Shown here piece after piece: positions 1 to 14,400 of a stretch of DNA of 64,000 nt. The position numbers and the translations under genes are program-made. Under the pieces are notes generated by a model, which made no database searches, was not told where the DNA came from, and saw nothing but the letters and a program-made list of their open reading frames with translations. Source of the stretch: Auanema rhodensis (lineage: Eukaryota; Animalia; Nematoda); the NCBI GenBank assembly GCA_964057225.1, contig OZ059899.1:15810001-15874000 (forward strand), in the 5' to 3' direction. Within the stretch, counting starts at the first letter, position 1. Each line of letters starts with the position of its first letter.

Positions 1-334
1 CTAGTACTTCCAGAATGTCTGCCGCGTGCGAATAAATTCCTGAATATTAATTTGATTCGGTCAGATATTTTCAATAGTTTTGCCATCAACAACCTAACCT
101 ACTGTGCGATTGAGGGTTACGGTTGTGTGTACGAATGCGCTGCATTCACCCTCCAAACACCATTTATCTGAATTATTCCGTAAATCTTCAGTTCGTATGT
201 ACTTAAATGGAATAATTTATTTCTTCGGAAAAAAACCCGATTTTACACTTTCGTTTATTAATTGTGCTATGATTTCGGGTGTTCTAGTAGAGTTTATTAC
301 AAATAGCGCCATCTTCTCCTCTGTTTGAAGGTTT
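1..334 (-). CDS. Possible coding exons of an unidentified gene at the window edge
   Basis: Three short open segments joined by ~45-60 nt GT-AG introns: MALFVINSTRTPEIIAQLINES | YIRTEDLRNNSDKWCLEGECSAFVHTTVTLNRT | EFIRTRQTFWKY* (TAG at 1-3). An alternative donor gives a frame that runs off the window. No family recognised and the 5' end is uncertain. Confidence 0.35.
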
Positions 335-1140
335 CTGTGAGCAGAAAACGATTATAAACTTCATCAGCCAACTATCCATCTTGTAATAATCACACGTAAT
401 TAGGCACGTCATTCACGTGCAAAATGACGTCATTGTTATTTTTATTATATACTATAGGCAGATGTGAATGGTTGTGTAAATTATCAAGTTCATTTAGAAA
501 GAAAAAGGCCGCTTTAAGACTGTTTAATCTGAAAATTATACCTAAAAATGGTTGGTGGCATGTCCACAGATGATTCATAATCAGACTTCTTTGGCAAGCG
601 ACTATTCAGCTTATCACGAAACAGCTTTGAGATTGGGACCTGTCATGAACATATATGTAACTAAGTTTTGCTTCAAAGTTTATTTTGTCATCTTCACTGT
701 TTTTCCCTTATAGCCACTTTCTCTCTATCTCTTTCTCTCTCTTTTTAAGCTTTTGCCTCGTTCTTTCCTTCCTTTTACTCACTATTATCTTGACATATTC
801 GCTTTCGAAAAGTAGATTTGCCGCCGAGAATGTGATAAACCAATCGGGTGTGTGGATATGGCAACGATACATCTCGAAGAAATAGCTTACCATGACGTGT
901 CTCAATATTTCTTCGTCTGCTGTTTTTTGAATTTCATGGACTGGCCTCTCTATCAGCTACTGATCTACCCCTCCTCTCTTTCCCGTCTCTTTCAATATCT
1001 CTCGCTCTCTCTATTCAGTCATTCTTTCTTTTCTTGATGACGGGATGTCTCAACCACAACAACTAATAGTAGCATCGTCTACAATGAATTCTACTTCCAT
1101 ATCCACTTTGTAAAGATAAAATCATGTTTTTCCATTCTTC

Positions 1141-1143
<3 letters not shown>

Positions 1144-1173
<30 letters not shown>
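1144..1173. repeat. (TA)n microsatellite
   Basis: Direct reading of the sequence. Confidence 0.9.
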
Positions 1174-1178
<5 letters not shown>

Positions 1179-1961
1179 GAATCCTATTTTCAGAGGTATA
1201 TTGTAAATATGTGATGTTGTTGATCAGTTTATATCATTGTTGTCGCCGTATTAGTCAGAAGTGAAAGAGAAAATTAAACCAAATTATGTGTATCATAGAG
1301 ATAATTGCTTCTTTGTCTTAATCTAAGCGGTTTCTTTCGTTTAAAACTGATTCCAATGTCAACTATTGTGCTCTTAAACGGCGATAGAGCTGAGAACGAG
1401 AAAAGGAATTTCAACGGAGGTGAATGAAAAATGACTAAAAGACAGACGATTCTCCATTTCCTTCGAACGTGATGATTCGAAGCCCCATGACACTTGCATA
1501 GTATAAAGAGAGTCCTTCATATCATGCTTCAACCATGTAGAACAGAAAGACGAGAATGAAAGGGCTGCGTATGTGTTGGGGCAGAAGAAACCACATCAAT
1601 CAGCTCATTATGCGCATTATGATTTTTCTTTTGTAATTCATCCTTTCTTCCATACTCTCCATCTATTTATCTCTCTGGCGATGTCTTTCCCCCTCTTTAT
1701 ATCTCTAATTCTCTCTTCTTCGATAACATACGTATACACCGCTTGTGCTAGCTTCTGATCTCATGGGAACAAAGAATCATTCTAAAATAGCTTATCAAGC
1801 AAAGCATTTTGCAATTTAGAAAACATTTCCAAATGTTGTGAATAATTCTTTCACTTTTTGCCCAAAAATAATTTCCTCTCTCAATTTCTGAAATCTATAT
1901 CCGTTTATCATGTGAATTCATGAGCTCTTTCTTCCACCCACCCAACCTCTCTCTTCCTCTC

Positions 1962-1967
<6 letters not shown>

Positions 1968-2024
<57 letters not shown>
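1968..2024. repeat. (CT)n microsatellite
   Basis: Direct reading. Similar CT/GA tracts lie near 3385, 10545, 15285, 20475, 42137, 51165 and 60903. Confidence 0.9.
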
Positions 2025-3377
2025 TACCCTCTATGGTCTTAGATTTTCCGATTAAATTTTGGCCATGTCAGCACCACGTATGTTTTACCCAGAGGGATAA
2101 GCAACAGCTGAATCAGTTTGAAATTATAGTTGAGGGATAATAGACAGATAAACTGATAAACAACCATATAAACATGGTATTACGATACAAGCTGAAAAGC
2201 TACAAATGTGAAATTTCATGAAAAGCTGGAAAATATGTGATGAAGGAAGGTTATGATGTTTGCTCTTTCAAAAGATAATTGAAGAATATACATATGGTTA
2301 AGATACATTACGTCTTATTTTGGTTGAAAGATGGATGCGTCAATGGTTCGTCGTCGTCGTCTTTCTATCTGACTAAACATATTTCCCCATGAGAAATCTA
2401 AAATCGTGGGAGGGTTAAACGGGTAATCAATCTTGATCTTTAAGCTATGAAAGTCATATCTCAAAAAAAAATTCTTTCGTTGCCATGTAATAATCTAATA
2501 ATTTATCTTTTTCTCTTATTCATTCTTTATTTTATGATGAAAATGACATAGTTGACCATGTACTATTATATGGTTCTTTGCGCTTGTCTCTCAGTTAACT
2601 GGAAGACACTCTCTTTACATTGTGTGCTCCATCTTTGCTGCTCTGTCCACTCTTTCGCCCTTTTCCTTTTTTCTCGTTTTCCCCAATTCCTCCAACATTA
2701 TTGGGGAGTGAAATCAAACGGCAAGATACGCTTCAAACTTTATATATATATATATATATATATGGTTAAAGAAAGAGAGAGAGAGAAAACCAGGAAAAAT
2801 GAAGAACAAAGAGATGGCTGCAGAGAAAAAAAAAAGAAAAAATGGAAGGAAAATCAGCTTTGAACATGGGAACAGATTATATTTTGCTGTTTTACATAGA
2901 TAGAGCAAACGATGACGTAGATCAGTACAACAACAGCTAACTGCAATGAAGCTATATTGTATATAAACAACTTATACAAATCAGCTCAAGAAATTTTGTT
3001 CTTGTTTTCTTTTTTTTTTTCGAAAAATCTTGTGCAAAATGAAATCAAACATGATACGATCCAAAGAAGATATAAAGTGAAAAAGACTTATGTTTTTCAT
3101 AATTTTTATCATTTTCCCTATACAGTATAAACATAAAAATGATGTTTTTCTTACGAAAGTTATTTAATGACAATTTACTGAAACAACTCATTCAAACATT
3201 CTTTTTCAAAATAAAAAATATAAAATACAATAATCTTCTATATACTATGTGTATAGTTATAGATATTATCTTTAACTAGATTTTATATATTGTATAGTTA
3301 GTGATGAATTTTCCACTGTTTACTCTTGCATAGTTTATTGTGTTAAATTGTCGTTAACCCTCTCATCCCTTGATATT

Positions 3378-3417
<40 letters not shown>

Positions 3418-5433
3418 ACTTGTTCATATTTAACACCTTTGACCTCCCTTACATCAGCTAGGACTAGGGTATAATCACACTGTCTATACACACTTATTCA
3501 TACAATTCTTATCATATAATTTGATAATTTTCAATGATTGCTCTGATGCTTTTACACACAAAAAAAATCGTAAAAAGCGATGGAATATTAGTAGGCTGTC
3601 CATAATCTGATAAGAAGATGAGCTTACTTGTGAAAAAAGATTTAATGGAAATTCATAGCCCATAAAGTATAGAAAAACATCTTCTGAAGCATTGATTGGT
3701 TTTCCCGATATTAGGATACAGGTACAATTCGTCTAAATGGACAAAGTTTTATGATTTGTCAACTCAATGTGTTTTGAAAAGACTGTGTGTGACTTCAGAT
3801 CAATAGCATCATGAAAGTAATGCTTGCTGATGATAATGCTGGTTAAAATAGATTGTTTGGTTGGCTTGAAGAAATGAAGTTCAAAAAAGAAATTCAAAAG
3901 AAAGAAAAAAAACAAATAATTAATGCAAGTAAAGGGTTTGATGGGGGAATTACCTCGAAATCTTCTATAGGCAGACATGCTGATTGATCAATTTTACATG
4001 GATTAATAGCTAATGTAGCTGAGGAAAATGAATAAAATATATAGATAATGAGAAGATTTTTCAAATTCATTTAGAAATATGAATAAATGAATGATTTCAA
4101 ATAAGGGTAAACTTGAAATATAACATATAGGGAATATGTCTTTGTCACTTTTCTTCTGTTTATTTCCATTTTGTATAAACGGTTTTTCCTGTAAATTCAG
4201 AAATATGATATACAGTTTGCACTTCCGTTAGCTGCTACAGTATATCGTCTCGTGTTTCCCCCAGAGTCAGCATCAATCGTTTTCACTGTTCTGTCTTCAT
4301 CTTCAGATATGTATGTCTATATGATTTTGATCTGTTCTCCTATCTTGAACATTTCAAGAACAAAAGCTCTTAAGTTCGGTGTTGTGATATGAGCTTTGAG
4401 CTATCACACTATCTCATCTCTCTCATTCTTTGCTAGATAGAATCATTTAATCTTTCTATGTATGTATGTCTCTCTGTATATATAAGTGTGTATATAACTG
4501 TTTGCCTGTGTGTTTCTTAAGAGAGAAAGCTGGTAAAAATAAATAAAATCGACAAATAAGGCAAAGTTCATGCGAGATTCGGCGGAATTTCAAACAACAT
4601 GCGGGCTCCATTAGCGGAATCATCCTGAGCAAATAAATTGGCAATAATATTAATAATTATTATATAAATGGAGAAGAAGAATTGTAATTATATAAGATAA
4701 GATGTGAGAATGGTTGGGTAGGTAGAAGATGACAGAAATAACTTTAAGAAATAAACAACCAGACGACATAGAAGAAGGGTTTGCTAAAAATCTGAAAACT
4801 ATATTGATGCCATAACAATATAATTAATATAAATAAATATTAAAGGAAGGAATAAAAAAGAAAAAATGAACTAGAGATGAAATCACTTTGGCTCAAAACA
4901 TTGAAAATATATTTTAAAACTTATTTGACTACAATATTTCTAAATATGCATCTATCGATTATTTATGGAGAATTTATATATTTATATAACTATGCGATGA
5001 TTAGTATGAAGTTTTTAGTGTTTAGCTAAATGGAATTAGTTTATAGTTTGATGTGATAATTGGAAAACATATAAGGCAAAAAGACACAACGCGACCGTCA
5101 CTGGAATCAAAACCCAAATTATCACAGAAGGGAAGCCGGGTTGCCTACGACGAAGATCTCGAAATAGAAGATATTGTTTGATTGAACCAATACATAATAA
5201 TAATTTGAATTCTTTTCAATTATGAGAAAGGTGCCGAGAAGAAGATGTAAGTCTGATCCATCGTTGCTCATGGTATTCTGATATAATCTGATTTGATGAA
5301 GCATCTACGAAACTCTTCAAGGCAAATACTCAAATTGGAATTTAGATTTGAAAGATGTAAATGCATTGTAGGGAAGAGAGAAAGTGACCAGATGAAGAAA
5401 CTGGGAAAGCAAGTAGTTTGTATCATATCACAG

Positions 5434-8400
5434 TTATACACGATGAAAATCTCCTTTGAATATGCGTGTTAAGGTCTTCTTGAACTGTTGATTGGCCATC
5501 GCATAGCAGAATGGATTGATGGGAGAATTCATATAGCACAGATAGTAGCTAATGGAATAAAGAAGATTAAAAAGTTTTGATTCCTGAAAGAATAATTATG
5601 AATTATGATATCTGAGATGAAATGTGCACATGCTCATAGTTTTTTCGTCTATTTCTTGTCATTTTAGCTTTTCATGCTTCTTCTATTTTCTCTTTTTTTT
5701 CTCTTTTGCACAAAGAGTTCAGGCAGATTTGCATATATTAACTTCAATGCATCTATCTAAGCTGCACTCGTGGCATTTAAATAGAAGCGACATTCGATTC
5801 GCAGTCGGCAATAGCCGAGCTCCGAACTGAAAAGATCGAAGGAAAGCAACCGGTCTGTACTTCATGCGTGGCAAAAAAACATATTCCCGAACAATCGGTT
5901 TGACTCAAACTTATTAATATGTAATAGAAAAAATGCAAATGGAAACCAAAATATGCGCAAATTGATAAAGCGTGGGCGTCGACGACAACCAACTGAAGAA
6001 CGACGACAATGCACTTGTTTCACATATGAACAAAATGATTAACGATCAGATGGATTGAAGCCGAGCATGAAATATCTTTAGTCTACTAGGATTAGTTATC
6101 CTTTGACCTTATGTCCTCGATTGATATTTCATCACGTAATTTCATCATTCATAAGAGCTAGATTAATTAAAGTGATCGATATAATGTCTAGTAGAGCAAA
6201 AACATTAGATATTCTGAAGCAGAATAGAAGAACTTCTTAAGATTCTTGTTTTTGTTAATTTCTCCGAGAGAAGAATGTGCACATAGATCAGCGAAAAAGA
6301 ATCTTAACCATGATTTCAACGTGAGGGTTCAGCTAATTTTCATATTGAGCTGCCGAAATAAAGAAACAATGACTGACCTTGCATGAATCACAAAAGCCAT
6401 AAATTGTCGCTAATACATAGAATGGTGTCCATAAAACGATGAAACTTCCAAGAATAAAAGTGATAGTTCTCAAAGCTTTCCTTGCCCGATTTTCAGATCG
6501 AGATTTGTACGGCTCCTGAATGTATTTATATTAGATTTTATCATTGGCACATAGTCTAATTATTAAAAAATGAAAAAAAAATCTCGATCACATCGAACAC
6601 AGGAGATTCAAAGACTCAAGCTTTATAAATCTCATCAGAGGAAGTATTAAGATATTGATAGAAGTGCAAACGTATCACCAGACCATTCACTATTTCACAG
6701 GAAGAAGTAAAAAATGTTTGAATAGGAAAATCATTCCAAGTTCAAAGAAAGATACTAATTTTTATGAAAAAAAGTTGGTCGGAAAATGAGAAATTCATGA
6801 AAGATTGATAACTACAACAAGCATTGCATCCACATTTCTAATTTTCAGTAATGCATAGACACTTTTTTCCATCACATTATGTAATTTATTTGCAGTAATT
6901 TCATCTTATGCTTAATCTATCAGTTTAAAAGAAGAGTTTTCAAACTTTTTCTTCTTTTTCTTTTTTTTTTGGTTTTTGTTTCTTTTCTAACGGGAGGCCT
7001 CAAACAGACACACGCATACACTACATACGCACGTCAGTGAAGCATTAGATCAACGAAGCAGCAGATTTTGAGACTAAAAACCGCGCAAAAAACTTGAAGA
7101 AATAGAATTATTCGAAAGTGCTAGAAACTAAAATGAAAAATGAACAATGTTATATAAGGGATATTCGCATGTTATATAGTAATTTATAAATTAAAAGAAA
7201 CTTTGAATAGCACACACACTACACTCTAAAGCTGTCAAATATAAAAAAATATCGGTAAAAGACCAATAGTATAAAGACACTCGCTGAATAAAAATTGCAA
7301 AATTAAAAAAAAAAGAAAAAGTAAAACGGCTCAAAAGTGAATGATAGTTTTGCTCGAAAAACAGTACGAAACAGAGCCGTCAAGCACAATCACGCAAACA
7401 AGAGTAAAGAAGCTAAAAGTTCATGTATGCAGAACACGAAAAATAGCAGAAGCTGAGAGACAAAAATGTGATGGCAGGCATCTGTAGCCAAACATTTACC
7501 TTTTTCCTAAATGGATTTAAATAGTTCAAAACGCTCTGCAAATTGTCTTATATGTGAATGAATATCAGGACTATGGGAAAGTCAAGAAATTTCTTTTACA
7601 ATACGAAAATATAGAAATGGAAACCATGTAACTTTATGGAATCCTGTTCTAGGGTGACGTACCTTCTTACTCGTTTTCTGTTTCCGTCTGCTGTGACTTC
7701 GAAGAGTCAGGAGAAGTTGACGAACTCTGCTGATTGCAGATTTTTCATTTTCAACCCGTGATACAGCTATCAGCGGCACCTGAATATCACCTTTGTGTTG
7801 TAACCACGGATTATAGTTCAAAGAACAGACCTTTACATCCTCTACTGGTTTAGAAGCATTGAGATCGGGATTCTGAAATTAAGACAATTGCATGATAATA
7901 GCAACACCATGGCCTTGGACACTCACATTTTCTCTAGCCACATCATCTAGATTCATATATTCACTAGGATCGTGAGTCTTCACAGATCGTAACCTGAATC
8001 AGTAATTGAAAAACAGACACAAATACATAAAACATGAAACAGATAATGGTTTCGAACAGGTAAAGCATAAAGGTGAATTAGCAAAAGCAATCCAATTGCA
8101 CAAAAGCTCAATCCGAACGTAAAGAATAAAGCAAGAAGACATCAAACCTTCGAAGATCGTCGTTGCCAACAAGAGATGATACACTATCAGCGTCGATAAA
8201 TGGAAATGAAATATCTGGTCTGAAAGAAAAGAACCAACTGAAATGACTACAGAAGCTCCTAACATTCAATGGATGTTGTTATGGAAAAATGAAATAATAT
8301 TTACAGATGGATAGATATGGACACAGACAGGTAACTATACCGAAGTGAAGCTTGTGGTTTAAACGGGACAGATTCGAAATATGCTCGAGTACAGAAATTT

Positions 8401-11400
8401 GAATCATTGATACAAGTACTTCGAAATCTTGATTACAGGACAGTAAGGACGTGAGAAATGATTTTCGACATGCTCTACCATATCGCTACATGGTTGTGTA
8501 AATCGTTGAAGCCGAAGGGTAGAGAAGGCATTCTACAGAAAATCACAGAATGTTATTGTTGTTGTTGTTGTTGTTGTTAACATACATACATGTTATAAAG
8601 TTAACGATCAAAAAATATTATAAACGTACTGAAAGACAGTTCGACGACGGTGGTGCTCATCACATATGTCATCCTCCTCATTCGAATCTTCCGGACTAAC
8701 ACATGGAGCAGTGCTCTCACGCTCAATCACAGATGATGGCTCTTGACGATAAACGACTACAGCTTCTGATAGGGAGAAATTTGGATTACTGAAATGATTG
8801 CATTCAACAAACAATCAAACAAGCACTTTGTATACAACCGCTTACTACGCACTACGAGGCGTAAATGAATATTCAAATTATTTTCAAAATAGGAAGTTGC
8901 TTTTAGAAAATTAAATCGTAGCAAGAAATATAATCAGTATTTTCAATTTTTCTCAATTTTTGTTTTGAAATTTAAAAAAACTTAAAAAAAAAATATTTTT
9001 ACGAAAATATTAAGAAAAATATTTCCTCACCTATATGTTGATATATTATTATTAAGATTATTCTGAGTTATATTTGAGGCTGTATTACTGATTCCTGGAT
9101 TACTATTACTTCGGTTATTATTTCCGAAAGCTTTGTTGTGTAATGTCATTGTTGTTCTTGTTAATGTTGATACAGAAGACGGTGGTGGAACTGACGGCGA
9201 TGATTTGAAGCATCTGAAAGACAATTAATTAACTAATTATATATGTAAAATATAATTTATATTTAAAATATTTCAATATTAATATCTAATTGTCTTCTGA
9301 TATTATTTGTTATGTAATTTACCAATTAAGGCATTTCTTACGAGCTGTTCCCTCGTATAGAGAGCAATTGTCTTTTTTTCTATAAAAATTAAAATGAGCT
9401 CTTATAGCAACTTTCTCAGACTTTATCCACCTCTCCCTCTCTCTCTCTCATCATTCTCTTCCTCTCTCAAAGCTTCCATTCTTCAATACTTCCCTCTTCT
9501 ACATTTTTTCTTTTTTTTTTCAAGTGCAGGAACAAAATTTATTATAATGTGACTACCGAATGAGGTCATGAGAATCGAGGGGAATTTGAAGTTAAAAGAA
9601 CAGTGAACAAGAAAACATGTTGAAGCTTCAAAATTTTCTCTCTTTCTCCCTTATTTCATCAATCTCTATATCTCTTCATTTTTCATAGAATTTCATCTAG
9701 ACCTCCTTTCCTAACACTACGCACCGTCTGGCTACCAAGGGAGCTGTCTTTCCTTCTTTTATACATGAAGTTTCAGAAGGAGATGAGCAAGACGAAGTAG
9801 TCGCTATGCCTTATGGCGTGAGTTTGATTGCATTTTCCCGCCGTCATTCGTATATTATGTTGATGACGTCATTCAATTATGAAGGGCCGTAGAATAGAAT
9901 TGGAAATAATGTAAAGATCTCCATGTGACTTCCTTACACTATGTAAGTGTTTATGGAGTACAACATCCTATCCACTCAAAACTTCTATATCAAATTCAAA
10001 GTTATCAAACTCATTCCCCCCTCCTTTCATAGTTAATTTGGATTTTCATCTATTTTCAGCTTTTAAAATCTTGAAAGTGTGAAAGCGAACGACATGCTTC
10101 AATGCTTTATATGATCATTACTCATCAGTACTTCGAGTAGCAAGTCTTTCTTCTAAACTGGCTTCACTGACTGCTTCTTCAATTTTTCACTTCATCAGCT
10201 TATTAAGACGATTCTTCGTATTGCCGTCATCAAAGCTTATGTTTTCTTGAAATCAATAAGTTTAAAAGAATTTCGTTTGAGCGTAAGTTAATTCATGAGA
10301 TTGATGATGATTAAATATAAATGAACTTATGTTTTTTTTTATCAAAAAACGGCAAAATCAGAATGGATTATGAGAAATATCGATTGTAGTGTTTTCTTTT
10401 CATTTTAGCTTCAAACATAGAATTTTCAATTATGACAGGTTATGCTAAGTTTTCTCACGACTACTACTATCTTTTGAATTTTGGTTTTTCAATTTGAAAA
10501 TGGCTTGATCAACATCATCAACTAATCTTCTTCTTCTTGTCCTCTTCTCTCTCTCTCTCTCCCTCTCTCTCCCTCTGTCGTTCCCTCTTCTCTCTTCGTT
10601 GCAGCTTTTTCTCATTGCTTATTTAGACAACAAGATGGACGAAAAATAAATTTTCTTCTGTTCAAACACTCCCCATTATTTGAAATACAAACCGAATATG
10701 AACTGAGTTAGAAGGAATAAGATGTATTGAAACTGCTTGCTGCACAAGGCTCAGCAGCGTCTCGAGGGCATGATGGTTGTCTGGGTATGTTTTAACTGAT
10801 GAAAGAGTAGAAAAAGAAATCCATTTCATGTTCAATTCCCTTGAGATACGACCTCGGTTGCCAAAAAGGGGAAGAGCCACATCAGACTTGTAGAAGGCCA
10901 CAGGAAGATGACGTGAAATTTTTTCTTTCTGTGGTCTTTGGGCAGATTACAATTGAAAATGGCGGATTTTCTTTAAGTAAAGTTCAGAGATGAGAGACAG
11001 AAGGAGGAGAAACAGATGAGGGAATAGGGCACACAGCGACAATCCATTCAAACTGGCATCTATTAATTTTCATAAAAAATCGTTCACTCTAACCATCATT
11101 TTCAGAAAAACAACAAAAAAAAATGATCATTCACATCATCGAAGCTTTAAATCTGTGGTCTGTGGTAGCTGTATGTCGATGGACATAATCAACCACCCCC
11201 TCCCTTTCTCTCCCTTCTTCATCTTGCTTCTAAACCATAAAAAGTGAAAGAAATGTTGGTAGCTAAGCAGGCGTCTGAAGAACAGTGGAAATGATGAATT
11301 GTGCTAGATTTCTGAGCCTCGTTTTCATATCAACAAACGCATATTTGCTTTATCGTTCGTTCCCTATCTCAGACAAAATGCTTATATGAACTATGTTCTT

Positions 11401-14400
11401 TCTACTGCCTTTAACCAAAAAAGGAAAAAGAAAAATATGAAGATAATGATGATGGGGCTAGGATTACGTTAGCCAAAAGAAAAAAAAACAAAAGAATTCA
11501 TGAAAAGGAAGAATTAGATATAGTCTTACTTGCTGCTATCTGACGTATCACCAGGGGAATCTGAACTACTACGTCCGCTTGTTCGAACGGATATTTCCGG
11601 TCGTCGCATCTCCGTCAACAGAGCAAGTCGTTTGGTTTTCTGAAACAAACACATTATTAAGATTGTCTTGTTGAGAGCCTTCAAACAATCACGATGTATA
11701 GCAAGCTTGAACCTATCTTCCCAACCTTCCCCGCTTAATTCTGTTTCCTCTCTTTAGACCCCTTCCCACCCTTTACGAATATGTGTGGAAGTTCATGATT
11801 GATCAAATATGGTCAGAAGCCTTTCCTCTGCTTCCGAAATCCATAAAGTTTTTACGTTTCTCCTCGATCAGAGACAGCTTTATGAGAACAGTTAACCGAA
11901 TAGCAAGCCGTTTACTTTGGAATTTGTTAGAGTTACTCCATACCTTATTAACCAAAGTAGCTGCTAACTAATTTATTTGATTTTTACATATTTCTAATAA
12001 TAAAATTACTTTTTTCTTTTAAAACTATAAAATATGTGTTTCATGGTGCAAACAGCGGTCACTGAGAGCACGGCAAAGTGTGAAAACCCAAGAATTCTTT
12101 GACTAAAACATTTCAAATTGCCCATTTCTGTTATTTTTTCTTTCTTTTTTTTCAAAGGAAAAATTAACGGACCCCTTGTGTCATGAAATGACATTCTTTA
12201 CTTAAGTTAAGAAGAAAAAGTAACCATAGTGGATGATGAGACCAAAGAAGGGTTAAAGCCTGAACTTAAACGAGTCTCATTATTTATAATGTACTTAACT
12301 CGTCTGCCATTTTGTTCATCTTTCACGTTATAGAGAGCCCAAAAGAACTAAAATAAGCTCTTACTAATGGATTTACTTTATTCTTTTTTTCAGAAAAAAA
12401 AAGTATTTTTATTTGAATGTTTAAAAAAATTGAAAAAAAACATTCAGAGTAAAGTTATTTTTGGTTCAAAATATAGATTATAGGAAGAGGCTGAAAGTGA
12501 GGGAAGGGAGAGAATGTAGAAAATAGATTCTTGAATATCAATCATTTTACAAACGACTAGAGGGTAATCCGAAAAACTCTTGCTGAGACTCATCAACGAA
12601 CTTCGTTGGTGTTCGAAATTCCTTTAGATACTCTTTAGTAAAGTCATTGTTTCTCCCCCTCTTCCCCTTCACCTATGATTCTTTAACTTGGTCGGGGTCG
12701 ATACAATACAAGCAGAATTCTTAAGTATTCTTCTAACTTTTCCTTCATAAGTAAAAAATAATAATATAGAGTTTAAGCGGTCATACAACACGAACCTGAT
12801 CACTTTTCAATGCCAACGTCTTAGCTGCACGATAAATTCCCCAATAGAGATAAAGCATGACGAATAGGGTGCTCCAATAATACGAGATATACATGCCCAT
12901 ATTCAGATATGCATTCGTCATAAACTGAACATAACACTCATCACTTGCTAAGATCCGGCCGGTTCCTACAAAGATAAATAAATATAACAAAAGTTATAAC
13001 ATGTCAAAGAAACCTGTAAAGGTTCCATAACCGAATATGGAAAGTGAGAATAGTACACTTGGAACCTAAAGCAACAAGTTAGTTGATAAGTGTTGGAAAA
13101 TAATGAAACATACAGCCCAAGTGACGGCTATAATCATCATGACCCGCTCTGGTGTTCTCCAATTACGGTACAGTGCGGCATGCTTGACACTACAGTACCT
13201 AAACATAATTATTGATTAAGATGGTAGGTCAAAAGGTCAAATACCTGTCTACAGTAATACCTAAAACGGTATAAATTGAGGCCAAACAGACAATATAGTC
13301 GATGGAGAGCCATAAGTCGCATGCAAATTCTCCGAAGGCCCACTTATTACCGTTCAAAAAGAAATGTGTGTAGACAGGAATACCTTCAAGACCGATAATC
13401 TGAAAAGAGGAGGTTAAAGCAGATTTTGGATCAATTCACGAAAACTTTTTCAAGCTTGTTTCGTTAGGCAACTCTTTGATTACTTTTCAACTTTTCTATT
13501 CTACTATCCTATCTTGCTCAATTCCTCCCTCAACTACTTTCGTTTTTCTTTCTTCTCATCTGCTACGTAAGAGCAGATGCAGCTGAACGAAGACAGGAGA
13601 TCATGAGAATCGCTTTAGTCCTTATATTGCTCATACATTATTCACGTGGCAGCCTGTTCTTAGAATTTCTGATGTCTATCCACTCATTTACTTCATTTTA
13701 TAAGTTGTTTCTCTTTTCTTCTTTGGTGCACAGAAGCTTCATGAAGACACATGCACACGAAGACACAGCTAGATGCACATCATCATCACCATTCCCCTCC
13801 TGTCCTGTGCTGTGTCTGTAGCTTATTCATGTGCATCGCTCATTTCAAACATTTCTATACGGAAGCTCAAACCGATTAAGCACCATGAAAATCTCATGAG
13901 AAGCAGAGAATGAACAAAATGGAGAGAAATAAAACAATTCTGAATAGCTTTTTCTTGATTCAATATAATATATATATATATATAGTATAAACAAACCTTC
14001 ACTTCTCATTTCTGTTAGCATCTTCTGTCTTTCTCTCTCCCTCTCACTCACTCTTTCACTAACTCTCTCTAATACATATACATAGACAGAAAGGCAGAGA
14101 TAATATTTGATGAAATAAGTTATTTAAATGAATTCCCGAGAATTCAATAGGAAATTGCACAACAAAACAACCGCTCCTCATCAAAACATTTCTATAAATG
14201 AAAATCAAAACGGTGTTAGAACACTCTTCACGTAAACGTTAGTTATGCAGTTGATGATGGATTCAGCTCTCAAGGCAATTGTTGAATTAACTCATAGAGA
14301 CGATAGAGTACTTCCTCATTTGAAAATTGTTTTTAACTCCCTCAGAAATTCTCTCCCCCCCCCTCCTCCCGCTCCCTTCCAGTTTACATTTAAGATTTTC

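Noticed and set aside
8339-8533. Exon-like segment in gar-2 between recognised exons
   Set aside because: Stops in all three frames, and the flanking exons join correctly without it.
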